DNA of 64,000 bases, taken from Cyanophora paradoxa CCMP329. Lineage: Eukaryota; Plantae; Glaucophyta. The stretch is from the NCBI GenBank assembly GCA_004431415.1, contig QPMI01000008.1:61808-125807 (forward strand), written 5' to 3'. The translations under genes and the position numbers were made by a program. Under the pieces are notes generated by a model. It was given only the letters and a program-made list of their open reading frames with translations. It did not search any database and was not told the origin of the DNA. Every line of letters starts with the position of its first letter. Positions within the stretch are counted from its first letter, which is position 1. Below are positions 51,990 to 64,000 of the stretch, in pieces.

Positions 51990-52985
51990 ATGGCGAGTGC
52001 GCTGCGAAGTCCGGCCACGGCTGCGCGCTTCTCGAGCCCCGGGCGGCTCTGGTCCGTGTCTCGCCTGCCCGCGGACATCCGAGTGCCCACGCCGGCTCCG
52101 GATCCGGCCGCAAGCGACGCGCCGCGGGCCGCGGCGCGCAGGCGGCGCGCCGCCAGCAGCAGCCGCGGGAGCGATCAGGGACCAGCACCGCACGGCGTGC
52201 GAATGCGGGAGGTCGCACGTATCCCGGTCGGGGACCGCACCGCCTTCGTCGCCATCAACCACATCCTTTCCAAGGTGCGCCGCTGGCGAGCGAGCGCTAG
52301 CGGGCGCGCCGCGGCATCGCGCTGCTCAAGGCCGCGCGCACAGATGGAGCTCGAGACTGCGGACACGTGCCCCGACTGCTCCATGTACCTCGCGCGACCC
52401 GACCTGCCGGGCTGCATCTGCGAGAAGACCCAGCCGCTGATCTCCTTCCGCACTCCTGTTCCCCTTCGATGACTCCATCCCGGTACCCCGCCCCCTCCGA
52501 GGCAGCGAGGCTGTACCCTGCCGGCTCCGCTTACCCGCATTAGATCGCGGACGTCATCGCAAACCTCCGCAAGCAGAACGGTCTGGCCCCCGACGCGTGC
52601 ACGTACCCACCGCCGCGAGCAGAATTTTGTACCCCCCTTCCGAACTCTTCTCCCCCGCAGACCGGCCCCGGGGCTCCGCCTCGTCCTGTTGGACCCTCGA
52701 GGCGGCCGCGCTCGCCCTCGAGGTCCTACCCCCTCCCCCCCCCCCCCCCCCCACCACCCCTGACACCGAGCCGAACCCGTACCCCCGCAGGCCGCCAAGG
52801 TAGAGCCGCGCTTCCAGGAGCCCCTCACGACAGGTTCGTACCCCCCTCTCCTCACCTGATATCGATATCTGAGCCGCTTCCGATCTGACCTGATCTGAAT
52901 CTGATCTGATCCGGGGGCAGGCTTCGGTTCGCGTTGGACACGCACGCGTGGCGCCTGCAGCGGCACGTGCACATGCCACCCCTCT
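51990..52985 (+). pseudogene. Internally deleted duplicate of the DTW-domain gene
   Basis: 51745-52985 matches 59058-60806 but lacks the LYMH..E..SNTG segment and the DGTW...CTV segment (junction 'ctgttggac|cctcgaggcggcc' at about 52695). Confidence 0.8.
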
Positions 52986-53150
52986 ACGGATCCCGCCCCT
53001 TCCGTCGGCGCCGCCACGCTGCAGCTGCAAGGCACTCTAGGCAATATTAGCGACATCATGGCATGTACATCATCAATTGCCTTCAGCCGGCAGCTAACAT
53101 CAAGAACCGCCTTCACTCAACCACTTCGTTGGACGACACTGCTCAGAGGT

Positions 53151-56100
53151 TCAGCCGGGGCCGGGGCCGGGCCGGGGCCTGGAGGCGCCGAGGAGGTTCG
53201 GGGGCAGGTAGGGCCCAGTGGGGCGCACGGGCCGCGGGGGGGCCGGCGCCCCCTCAGAGACGGCGGAAGGGCCGTCCGCCGGTGAAGGGGGGAGAGAGGC
53301 GGCAGGGGGGGCCGCCAAAAACTCGGGCGGAGGGAACACGTGCCCCGGCGGGCCGCCGGGGTACGGAAATGGAGCCCTTGGCGGGGGTACGAACTCAGGG
53401 AGCCCAGGGGGGTAAAATGAAGCGGAGGGGCCGAAGAAAGGCGCCTCCGGAGCGAAGGGGGGGGCGAAGTGAGGGGGCATAAAAGGTGAGAAAGCTGGAG
53501 CGGGAGCAAAGTGAGGGGGGTGGAGGGCGGGGCCGGGGGGCAGAGGGTGCCAAAGCTGAGGGCCCGGACCCGGGTCTGGGCCTGCATGGAGAGGGAAGCC
53601 GGGGGCGGAGGGCGGTGGTGGATAGGGGGCAGAGGACGACGGGGCGGATGGGCCGGTGGCGGGTGGGAGCCATGGCCAGCCCCAGGGGGGTAGCGGAGGA
53701 GGCGGAGGCGGTTCGGGAACGCGTTCGGGGCCCCGGGTACGATCCGGCGCCGGCGCCGCTTCGTTCGCCTTGTGCGCTGCTGCGGCGCTCCGCGGAGGCG
53801 GAGGGGCACCGCTGTGGGGGTACGTCAACGCGGCGGGGTCGACGTCAACGTCGGCGTCGGCGTCGGTAGGAGGGGCCGATGCCGCAGCGCTCCGCGGAGG
53901 CGGGTACGTGAACGTGGCGGGCTCGACGTGGGAAGGAGGGGCCGGCGGCTCGCGATCTGAAGGATCCGAAGACCGGCCGGCGCCGGATCCGGCGCCGGCG
54001 CCGGCGGAACCGAACGCGGGATTCGAAGAAAGGGCGCCGAAGGGGTCAGACGTCGACGCGGCGGGCCCTGGGCCTGCGGCTGGCGCCGAGGGTAGGGCGG
54101 GCCAGGAGGCTGCAGTGTCCGAAGGCTCGGGCGCGGGAGCGGGCGGGGCGGCTTCGAATTCGAATTCGGGGGCCATGTCCAGCGGAGCGGGGCCGCCAGG
54201 AGGCTCAGGGGCAGGCGGGGCGGCCTCGGGGGCGATGGCCAGCGGAGCGTCGGGGCCGGCGGGAGGCTCGAGGGCGGACGGGGCGGCTCCGGGGTCAGCG
54301 GGAGGGGCCGGCGACTCGGACGGATCGGCGCCGGCGCCGGCATCGAAGGGGGCGCGGCACTCGGGGCAGCCGGTCGCCAGCGGCCGGCTCCGCCACTCCC
54401 CGATGCACTCTGCGTGAAATCGATCTGCGCGAAACCAGGAGCCCGTTAATATGAAGCACATAGCTATAGATATTTTAATGAAATATAGACGCCAAGAGCC
54501 AGTTGATATGAATCCGAAGCACAGCGTCGCGCGCGACGAAGGGCGCACGGCTGCAGGGAAGCGAGATGACGGAGGCGTCTCCCGCGGGCGGGGCCGGCTC
54601 GAGGCAGATGGCGCACTCTCCCTCCGCGAGGGCGGGTACGGCGTGCGCGTGCGGCGCCCCGGGCTCGATTCCGGTCCCCGTCGAAGGCGTCGCAGGGTGG
54701 GCGAAGCTGCGCATGCGGGGCACGACTCAGTGATCATGAGCGCGACTCCTGCAAAAGACATGCGGCAGATATATCTTATTTTTAAAGCGGCAGATCTAGA
54801 GCCGGGGTCACTCACCGGCAGGAGGCGCCGAGGGCGCAGAAGCCTCTCGCGAAGTGCCTGCAGAGGCGCCGCGGGCGGCCCGAGCTCGAGCTCGAGCTCG
54901 CTTCGGGCTGGTGCCTGAACCTGTTGCAGGGAATTAAATAAAGAATGAGCGAGAGGCTTGCCATGGGTCGCACCGGCACCGCTCTCCGTCCCGACAAGCC
55001 CCCCTGGCAAAGAATCGGCAGGGCGGCGCGTCTCGCCGCGCTTCCTGCTCCCTGTTCCGCCGAGCGGCCTCGGCAGCGGCGGCCTCTGCGGCTGCCGCCG
55101 CCGCCTCCCTGCGCCGCTCCTCACGAGTGCGCTCCTCGGCCGCGCGCTTGGCCTCCGCCTCCTCCTCGCGCTCGCGCTCGCGCTCCCGGCGCCTCCTTTC
55201 CAGCTCCTCCGCCTCCCGCCGCTCCTCTTCCTCCTCATCCTCCTCGGCTCTCTGCGCCGCCTCGCGCCGCCTCCGGAGCTCGGCCTCCGCCTTCTCGCGC
55301 TCCTGCCGAACCCTGGCCCCCTTAGCTCGTAAGCTAAAGAGCGCACTTCGCAAGCGTGCCGCCTTTGGCCACGGTCTTCGGATTCGAGTTCGTGGCGGAC
55401 TGCAGTTCTTTCTCCCAGCCTCCCGCCTCCGCCGCGGCCGCCTCGAGCTGCCCCGCCCCCGCCATGCACTCTGCGCAGCAGTAATCAGCACAGCAGAGTA
55501 AATCTTCTTCGAAGCGAAGAGGGCGCACGGATCCGGAGCAGCCGAGCCTCTGCGTCCCCAGGCTCCCTCTGCGCGACGCGAGCTTTAGCTTCGGGCGCGG
55601 CCAGCAGGCGAGGGGCCGGGCCGGGCCGGGCCGGCGCCGGCGCCGACCTTCAGCAGCGCGTCGAGCAGCGAGCGGGCGCGGGGCCACTTCAGCCGCTGCA
55701 TGAGCTCCCGGGCCTTGGTCTGCAACCGGAATTCAGGCAAAGAAGAAAGAAAGCGCGCGGGATGGACACGCTTAAGATCTAGAACCAGATCTAGATCTAG
55801 GACAGGATCCCGGAGCGCACCCGGTCGGCGGCTTCGCGCTCGGCGCGGATGTCGCGCTCCGCCTCCTGCCGCGCCCGCTCCCGCGCCGCCTCCTCCCGCC
55901 TCCGCCCATCCAGCGCCGCCCTTCGCCCGGTCGGATCGCTCTGCTGAGCCGTGGCCGGCGCCGCTCGGTCCGGCTCCGTGCGGCCTAGGCCTGCATCCGG
56001 TTCGCCCGCATCGACCCGCCGATCCAGCTTCTGATCACTCCGCCGATCCAGCGCCGCTCGGCCCGGCTCCGGCTCCGTGCGGCCTGGGCCTGGGCCTGCA

Positions 56101-58742
56101 GCCGGCGCCGGCGGGGCCGGGCCGATCGGGTGGGGCTCGCGATCGAGGACGAGGCAGTGCAGCTCGCCGGTCGCCAGGGCCGTCTCCAGCGTCTGCGGCA
56201 AGTGAGGAGCGGTACCGGCAGGCTAAGGCTAAGATGCTGAGAAGGCTAAGCTGTGCTAATTCTATAAGATAAGCTGAGAGTCCTAAGCTGTGCAGGCTAA
56301 GCTTATAAAATTAGCTGAGGTGAGCTAATTAAGCTGAGCTGAGCTAAGAAGATTGAGAAGCGGCACCGGCAGGCCTGAGAAAGCACCTGAGCGACCCCGC
56401 GGAGGCCCTTCCCGCCGGTTCCCAGGCCGGCGGGCGGCCTCCCCGTCTCCCGGATGAAGGCGAGGGATTTCTGCACGCGGAGAGAATGCGTGAGTGGCGG
56501 CCATGGCCACAAAGGAGAGAGTGCAGCGGTGCTTGCTCGCCCGCGCGCAGAGCCTGGCGAGGGTCGGCTCGTAGCGCCGCGAGAGGAGCTCGAGCAGATT
56601 CTCGATGCAGCTCTCCGTGCTGTCGTGGGCCAACCCGAAATAGCGCTCCACGACGACCAGGCCGCGCTGCAAGGGAGGGGCGCCCTAGCCTGCTCAGTGG
56701 CTGGGGCATTGAAGGCCGGACGCAGCGTCTGCACGCACGCAGAGGCAGACGGCAGCCTCGCCGAGGCGCCCGGCCCGCAGGTGCAGGGAGCCCAGGCCCC
56801 GCAGGACGTCGCCTAGGGACTTGTCCTCGTCTCGCGTCCCTTCCAGCTCGAGCTCGACCAGCGCGCGCTGCAAGTGCGCGCGCGTTTAATTTGCAGCGAG
56901 CGCGCGCGCACGTGTGTGGTACGCACCTTGAGGTACGATTCCGCACGGAGCAGGGCCTCCTCCCCTTCCTCCGCCCCAGGTTGCCACTTCTTGAGGATCA
57001 GGATGCCTATGTGCTTGAGCGCAAAGCCGAGGTACCCGCGAGCTTTGCACTCTCTGCACGATCCCTCGGCGATCTCCAGGTTCGTCTGCGCGCGCGCGAG
57101 CGTGCGTACGCGTGAGCTTTGCTTTCATCTGATATATATATACCGATGTCGACATCGATTTATAGCAGTACTGGTACTCGCCTGCAGCGCCGCTTCCGCT
57201 TCGCGGTAGCTGTCGCGGCAGCCGTCCTCGTCGAAGCTGTAGAACATCGAGGAAAGTCCGACGAGCCACCCCGACTTGAGCATGAGGCAGCATTGTGACC
57301 CCAGACGCTGACGCGACCGGTCGCTTCTCACTGCGAGCTACGCGGCCCGGCCCAGTAAGAATGCAATTAATATTGCAAGACGAGCGCACGCCAGCAGAGA
57401 ATGCAGGTTGAGCGCATGCATAATATGCGCACTTGGTAGAACGTCCACGCTTCGCTCCGATCTCTCATGCAAACGCAGGCGATCATAAGGTACCACAGAT
57501 TGTCCACAATATACTTGTCGTCGTCGTCGCAATCGGTGAAGCGCTTTATAAGGTACACAGCGGCCTGAGGCGACGATCACGGGGCGGAATTTGTCAACGC
57601 TGCTCGATGTCAGCGCAGGGTCTGGAATTCGCACCTGATGGCAGCGCTTGGCCGAGGCGAAGTCCCGATCCGCGAAGCAGCTTCTGCCGTATAGCATGGC
57701 GCACGTCACGAGTAGGCCGGGAGAGGCTGCGCCGATGAGCTCGTCGATCCTTTTGGGGTGCAGGAGGCGGGGCGCCAGGAAGCGCTGCGGGCCGGGCCGA
57801 GGGCGGTCAGTAAAATTCACGCTCAATGCACGATGGGTGCAGGCAGGGAAGCTGCATGCCTTCAACATCGGGCGGGCCTCTTCGAACTTTTGGAGAAGGC
57901 CGAAAAGCCATGCGAGGCGGAGACCGTACGCGACCGAGGCTAGGGTCTTCTCACCGCCCTCGGCTATGGCGCGGTCGAGGTCACTCTGCCGCGCGGCGTG
58001 AGGGCTGGCCGGCGCGGGGCGAGGGGAGCGGGAACGAATTCAAACCTGCCAGAGCGAGCGGCAGGCCTCGAAGCCCGGAAAGTCGGGGAGCGGTTGCGTC
58101 TTCTCGATGTTGGAAGTCATCAAGTCCATCCGGATGATGGATTCATCGCAGAGGCCGGATGTCGGCTGGGCGGTCGGCGAGCGCGCCTCCACGCACTGGG
58201 GACACTCGCAGCGGAACCGGCACGCCCATAAGCGTCGGCGAGCCTCCGGCCTGCGGGAATTCGAATCACAAGCACTCCGATGGTCAGATGAGGAATCAGA
58301 TCGAGAAGCAGAGCCCGCGCACCGGCTGCATTCCGTGCAGCTACATTCAATATGACGCTGCGCGATCCGAAATGCATTCTGCAGGGCCGGGATGACTTGG
58401 GATCAGTAAACCGTCAGACGTACACGTTATACACAAGAAGACCGGTACCTGCAGCCCTTCCCTAACCTCCTCGTCCTCCTCGAGCTCGACGTGGGCCATC
58501 AAAGCCTTCAACCTAGCTATCACGGTGCGGGGCAATTGCAAGTCGCCAGCATCCCCCTGCGTTGCATTCGTCAAAGAGACCCCAGCGGCGTGCTGATGCA
58601 TAGGTCGCACCTCGTGCTCCCTAGCTCCAAGCGACGAATCGCCCTCGAGCTCGGCCTCCTGCATATGCGCATGCATGCGCAGCTGCGGCTGCCTTGAGCT
58701 CGAGGCTGGCGCTGGCGATGGCGTTGCAGAGGGTTCGCTCAT
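53151..58742 (-). CDS. Large multi-exon protein: Cys cluster, TPR-like repeats, coiled coil, 2x CCCH zinc fingers, RING-H2, Pro-rich tail (could be two genes)
   Basis: 'PCRFFARGACRDGERCRFRH', 'CRHFARGFCALGASCRFAH', 'CAICLE...LPCSHRFHAECIGEW...CPECR'. TPR-like 'QRGLVVVERYFGLAHDSTESCIENL'. Compatible donor and acceptor link the 56390 and 56195 exons. Confidence 0.6.
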
Positions 58743-59308
58743 GATAATGATCCAAGTTCATGGGCCAGCCTGCAGCTGGCAGAGTTCTTCGCCTCCGATC
58801 CGATCCGCGCCTTCTCCTCCGCGCCTCTCCCGCGCAGAGTTCTTCGCCTCCGCTGCCAGGCTGTCCTGTGACACGGCTGGCGCGCAGACATCGACACGCG
58901 CGGAGACGCGAGGCCAGAACGTGTGCATGGCGCACCTTCGAATTCTCGGGCGGCCTCGTTGCACCTTGTCACCGCATGCACGACCTTGTGCACGCACCAC
59001 CGGTGCGGAGGCCTGAATTCGAAGATTGTAGCTCCATCAGCTCCGTCAGCTCGCTGGCCCCGGGTACACGCATCGATATCGGCTCGTCGTCCTTACTGGT
59101 CGCGCCCGGCGAACTTCGCAGCTCCGAACGCTTGCTTCGCGATTGGAGCTCGAGATCGTGGAGTGATCTTCGCGTCCAGCTTCCAGCCGCGCGCAGCCGA
59201 ACGCAGCGGAGCGATCGGCGCGCTTCACTGCGCCTGATCGAGCGTAGCTAGGGAGCGGGTGTGCATTTGCACGCGACCGTGGCGCGCGCGGCTGCGGCCG
59301 GCGCATCG

Positions 59309-61976
59309 ATGGTGAGCGCGCTGCGAACTCCGGCCACGGCCGCGCGCTTCTCGAGCCCCGGGCGGCTCTGGTCCGTGTCTCGTTTGCCCGCGGACATCCG
59401 AGTGCCCACGCCAGCTCCGGATGCGGCCGCAAGCGACGCGCCGCGAGCCGCAGCCGCGGGAGCGATCAGGGACCAGCACCGCACGATGTGCGACACACGG
59501 GAGGTCGCACGTATCCCGGTTGAGGACCGCAGCGCCTTCGTCGCCATCCACCACATCCTCTCCAAGGTGCGCCGCTGGCCATGGCGAGCGGGCGCGGCGC
59601 AGCATCGCGCCGCGGCGCCGCGCCGCTCACGGCCGCCCCGCGCCGCGCCGCTCACGGCCGCGCGCACAGATGGAGACTGCGGACACGTGCCCGGACTGCT
59701 CCATGTACCTCGCGCGGCCCGACCTGCCAGGCTGCATCTGCGAGAAGATCAAGCCACTGATCGAAGACGGGGACCTCCTGCCCCACTCGCTGCACCTCTA
59801 CATGCACTATCGCGAGTTCAGACGCATGTCTAACACCGGGAAGCTCCTCGTACACTCCTTCCCCGAGCGGTAGCGTACCCCCTTCCGCCATCCTTCCGCC
59901 CCCCCGCCCCGCGGCTGAGGTCCGGGGTACAGGGTCAAGATGTACATTTCGTGTATCCCCGAGGAGGAGCGGGACCTGCGGCGGGATCTGTCGGACGAGG
60001 CGGGCAACCTGCTCCCCAACGCCTGCATCCTGTACCCCTCCGATGACTCCATCCCGGTACCCCTCCCCTCCTGAGGCTGTACCCCGCCGCCGATTCCGCT
60101 CACCGGCATCAGATCGCGGACTTCATCGCGAACCTCCGCAAGCAGAGCGGCCTGCCCCCCGACGCGTGCGCGTACCCCCCGCCGCGACCGGAACCCTGTA
60201 CACCCCGAACTCTCTCCCCCGCAGGCCGGCCCCGGGGCTCCGCCTCGTCCTGTTGGACGGCACGTGGGACCAGGTGCGCCCTACCCCCGGAACTCTCCGT
60301 ACCCCTCTTCGCGCTGCCAACCGTGTACCCCAGGCCCGCTCGCTGCTGCGCCAGAACCCTGTACCCGAGCTGCCGCGCGTGAACGTCGACACGTGTCTCC
60401 AGCGGAGCCTCTTCGATCCCGCGCGCCGCCAGGTGGGCAGGGCGATCCCGTACCCCCCCTCCGGCCCCTTACTTCTACCCCCGTCCCTCCGCGCAGCCGA
60501 TGGAGGGGCGCATGTGTACCGTCGAGGCGGCCGCGCTCGCGCTCGAGGTCCTACCCCCTCCCCCCCTCCCCCGACCCCGAGCCGAACCCGTACCCCCCGC
60601 AGGCCGCCGGGGTAGATCCGCGCTTCTGGGAGCCCCTCTACGACAGGTCCGTCCGTCCCTAACCCCTCCCCTCTCCTCACCTGCCATCTGAGCCGCCTCC
60701 GATCCGATCTGAGCTCATCTGATCTGAGCTCATCTGACCTGATCTGAGCAGGCTGCGGTTCGCGGTGGACGCGTGGCGCCTGCAGCGGCACATGCCGCCC
60801 GTCTACGGCCAGGCCCGCCCCCCCCCCCACCCCCCCCACCCCCCTCCCCCCTCCCTTCCCTCCCGCCCCGCCTGCCCCGCCTCCGCCCTGCCAGCTCAGA
60901 AACGAAACAAGGCCCCTCCCTAGTTATACAGACCCCTAGTCCGGCCCTCCACCGCCTAGAGAGGCCGGGCCCTCCGCGCTCGGGCTGGCCCTGAGCCGAG
61001 CGCTTTCCCCGTCCGTTCGGCCTAGCGCCGCCGTGCCCTCTCTCCCTGCGCTCCCTGCTTTCCCAGCCCTCTGACCCGCCCTCCCCTCTTGCGCGCTTTG
61101 CAGCTGGAGCGCACGTACCCCAAGAGGCGCGGCCAGTCCAAGGCTCGCCCCCCCCTCTCCCCCCCTCTATCCCTCCCCTTACACGGCCGCAGCCCAAGCC
61201 CAAGCCGAAGCAGCAAGGGAACGGGGTCGAGTCAGAGGCCGAGGCCGAGGCAGAGGCGGGCGGCCCCGCCGACGGCAACGGCCTCGCCGGCTCTGGCGCC
61301 TCCTCCTCCTCGGCCGAGGCCGAGGGCTCCGGCGCCGGCTCCGGCGCCGGCGGCTCGGGCCCGGGCTCAACCAGCGGCGCGGGGGGAGGAACCGAGGGCT
61401 CAGGCTCGGGCGCCGGCGCCGGCGCGGGCACAGGCACGGGCCAGGGATCGCGGGCCTCCTCCTCTTTGGCCGGCGCTTCCCCTACGGGATCGCGGGCCTT
61501 CTCAGGGGACATCGCCGCGATCCTCGCCGCGATGGGCATCGCCGTCCCCGGCCCCGCCCCCCAGAAAGAGGAGGAGGAGGAGGAGGAGGAGGGGGAGGAG
61601 GGGGGGGAGGAGGGGGGGGGGCGAGAAGGAGAAGAAGAAGAGTCGCTGGCGCCGGCGCGAGAGGCGCTGCGGCTCTTCTACTCGTCCCCGTTCCGCCCCG
61701 GGGGCGCCTTCGCCTGCGCCGAAAACAGCGGCAAGGGCGCCGCGAGGAAGCCCGGCGGCTGCTCCTGCTGCGGCGACGAGGTCAGCTGATTTGATCCCAT
61801 CTGAGATGATCTGAGCTGATTTGAGAGTCCTTCGGACTCAGATCCACGCGGCGGAGGGCCCGGGCGCCAAGGCTGGGGCTCCGGAGGCGGGCGCCGAGGC
61901 CGGGGCCGAGGCGGGGGGGGAGGGGGAGCTGGAGGGGGACCGCTTTGTGAGGGAGCAGGGCGAAGCCTGGTACTAG
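59309..61976 (+). CDS. DTW-domain tRNA-uridine aminocarboxypropyltransferase (TapT/DTWD2-like), with possible organelle presequence and low-complexity tail; ends approximate
   Basis: 'CPDCSMY...CICEKIKP', 'LYMHYREFRRMSNTGKLL', 'ILYPSDDS', 'LVLLDGTWDQARSLL', 'CTVEAAALALE'. Confidence 0.85.
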
Positions 61977-62485
61977 ACCGAGCAGCCTCTGAGGGCAGAT
62001 CTAGATCTAGAGCAGACGCTTTCGCGAGCAATGTACTTCCCGCATGGCCGGTCCGGGCCGCAAATTCAATGTTGTCGCCTGATCACGCATGAACCGAGAG
62101 CAGATAAGCCGGAGGCCACCATCTTACATATGGGCCTCAGGGCCTCAAGCTCGAATTCCTCTTGCACATCGGCGTCGCGATCGCAATTGCAAGCATCGAT
62201 AACATGTACATTCAGGGGGCGACTGCTACAGAAATCAAAAAAACTTTAGTAACACACAGTAGACATCAACGTACAGAAAAAGTAGACATCGAAGGCGCTA
62301 ATCTGGGCGGCAGGGCGCCCTGCATGGGCCAGGGAGCCTGCGAGGGCGCCGGAAGAAGCTGGGCGCGGGGAGAAGCTTCTGAGCTGCCAGATCATACGGC
62401 CAAAACTATAGCTAGCTATAGCTTTAGGAAGCTGCCAGAACTCGCTAAAAATAGCTTTAGGAAGCTCGGCGGGGCGCGGTCAAGC

Positions 62486-63708
62486 TCAGTCGAAGATGAG
62501 GACGGAGCCCCCGAAGGGCTCCCGGCAAATGGGACACGTTCCCGCCCCGCCGGCGAGCCGCTGGACGCAGGCCGCGCAGACGACGTGCCCGCAGGGGTGC
62601 AGGAGCCGCCGCTCCCCCCGCTCTTTCTCGTCCCAGCACACCTGCCGGCCAAGCATCAAGCGGGCCGACGGCCGCTGGCTCAGACTGCGACCCGCGCGGC
62701 TGCGCACCGGGCACTCGAACTGGTTGAGCGCGGCGGCCCGCGCAGCGATCCGCAGCTCCTCCACCCGCCTCGTAGCCGCCTGAAGCCGCTCAGCCGCCGC
62801 CGCGAGCTCCGCCTCGCCCCAGGACCCTCCGCCGGGCGTCGCCGCGGCGCTGCCGGCCTCGTACAGCGACAGCCGCTCCTGCGCCTGCGCCGCCCGCTCC
62901 TCGGCCCGAAGACGCGCGGCCTCCGCCTCCGCCAGCCGCCTGCGGAGCACTGCAGCCTCCGCCGCTGCCCGCCGCTCGCGCTGCGCCGCGGCCTCGAGCT
63001 CCGCCCGCGCCTGCACCCGCTCCCCGCGAGGGCCTCCGCCCGCGCCTCGGCGAGGGCGGCGGCCCGCGCCTCCTCCCGCAGGCGCGCGGCCGCCGCCTCC
63101 AGCTGCCCCGCAAAGCCTCCAGGGGCCGGGGAGCGTCCGCGGCGGCTCCCGCTGCGGCCCGCGTCGCGAGGTTGGAGGGCGAAGACGAAAGGGGAAGCAC
63201 GGACCTGGAGCCGGAGGGGCGGGGGGGCGGGGGGCTGCGGGGCAGGCGGCACGGTGCGCGGGGCGGGCTGCGGCGGGGGGTGAGGGGCGGGGCACGGGGG
63301 CGGCGCGGCGGGGCGCACCGCGCGGGCGGGAGCGGCGAGGGAGCGTAGGTAGGGCACGACGGCAGCGCACTGGACTTGACCGTTCGAGTTCTCGTTGACG
63401 GCGCGGCGGACGGGCTCGGGCCAGGAGTCCACGACGGGGTTGCCGTGCACCTGCAGGTGCTGCAGGGCGGCAAGGCGGCTGATCTCCGGCGGCAGCGCCG
63501 TAAGCAGGTTATTCGACAACCCCAGCCCCTCTAGTTTCGTCAGCTTGGCGAGCTCGGCCCCCGGGATGCGCGTGAGGCTGTTCCCGCTAAGGACGAGCGT
63601 GCGGATGTTCTCGGGCCCCGCCCGCGCGATCTCCGCCGCCGGCCACTCAGTCCGCCCCTCCACCCCCAGGTACAGCAGCCCCTCCTCCGGGAGCCACCCG
63701 TAGACCAT
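62486..63708 (-). CDS. LRR + coiled coil + C3HC4 RING protein (putative E3 ligase)
   Basis: 'IRTLVLSGNSLTRIP..LAKLTKLEGLGLSNNLLTALPPEISRLAALQHLQVHGNP'. RING 'CPVCWDE..LHPCGHVVCAACVQRL...CPICREPF', stop at 62488-62486. Confidence 0.85.
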
Positions 63709-64000
63709 GCCTGCAGGGCGGTCAGCGGCAGAAGCGCACCGCGGAGAGCGCGCCCGCCTTCGGCCGCCCGGGGAAGCGCACCTTCGACAAATCGCCTTGA
63801 TGCAGCAGAGCCGAGCTTTCGGAACCGACGGAGCTGCCCGGTCAAGAGTTCCTCCCAAGCGGTCCGACGGTCTGCTGGCAGCTCGCCCGCTGCACGATAC
63901 ACGAAAGTGAGCTGCGAGCGAGCGAGAGGCGGGCGATGGCAGCAGCGATGCCAGAAAACCGCCGGCTGCGCACCTGCATGCGGATGCTAAACCAGCGCGA

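Overview
GC-rich, gene-dense eukaryotic DNA with many short introns (mostly 50-120 nt, typically GTGCGC...CGCAG). It comes from a flagellated protist or alga; the style is reminiscent of a glaucophyte such as Cyanophora, but that is a guess. Most ORF-track entries are GC-driven shadow frames, so I rebuilt the genes by hand-splicing. In order: (1) an LRR(degenerate)-SAM-TIR gene with a SARM1-type TIR, intact catalytic Glu and a C-terminal CaaX box; (2) two tandem SHLD2/FAM35A (shieldin)-like OB-fold genes, one complete and one decaying, around a lower-GC unknown gene; (3) a permuted NlpC/P60 (YiiX/YaeF-like) amidase; (4) a bacterial-type DOMON-like gene; (5) a CDKL kinase; (6) a myosin with an ARM-repeat tail, head-to-head with an inner-arm dynein heavy chain (DNAH2/DHC10 type); (7) a temptin-domain ferric reductase/NOX-family fusion; (8) an F-box gene; (9) a TPR-CCCH-RING-H2 gene; (10) a DTW-domain gene plus its deleted duplicate; (11) an LRR-RING gene sharing its LRR exon with the TIR gene. 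The best candidate for an undescribed system is a modular LRR-sensor family coupled to different effectors (prenylated SAM-TIR NADase versus RING ligase). Recurrent structural oddities are 3'-end echo duplications, chains of short palindromes, GC-AG introns and micro-exons. All family assignments come from motifs recalled from memory; no database search was run.
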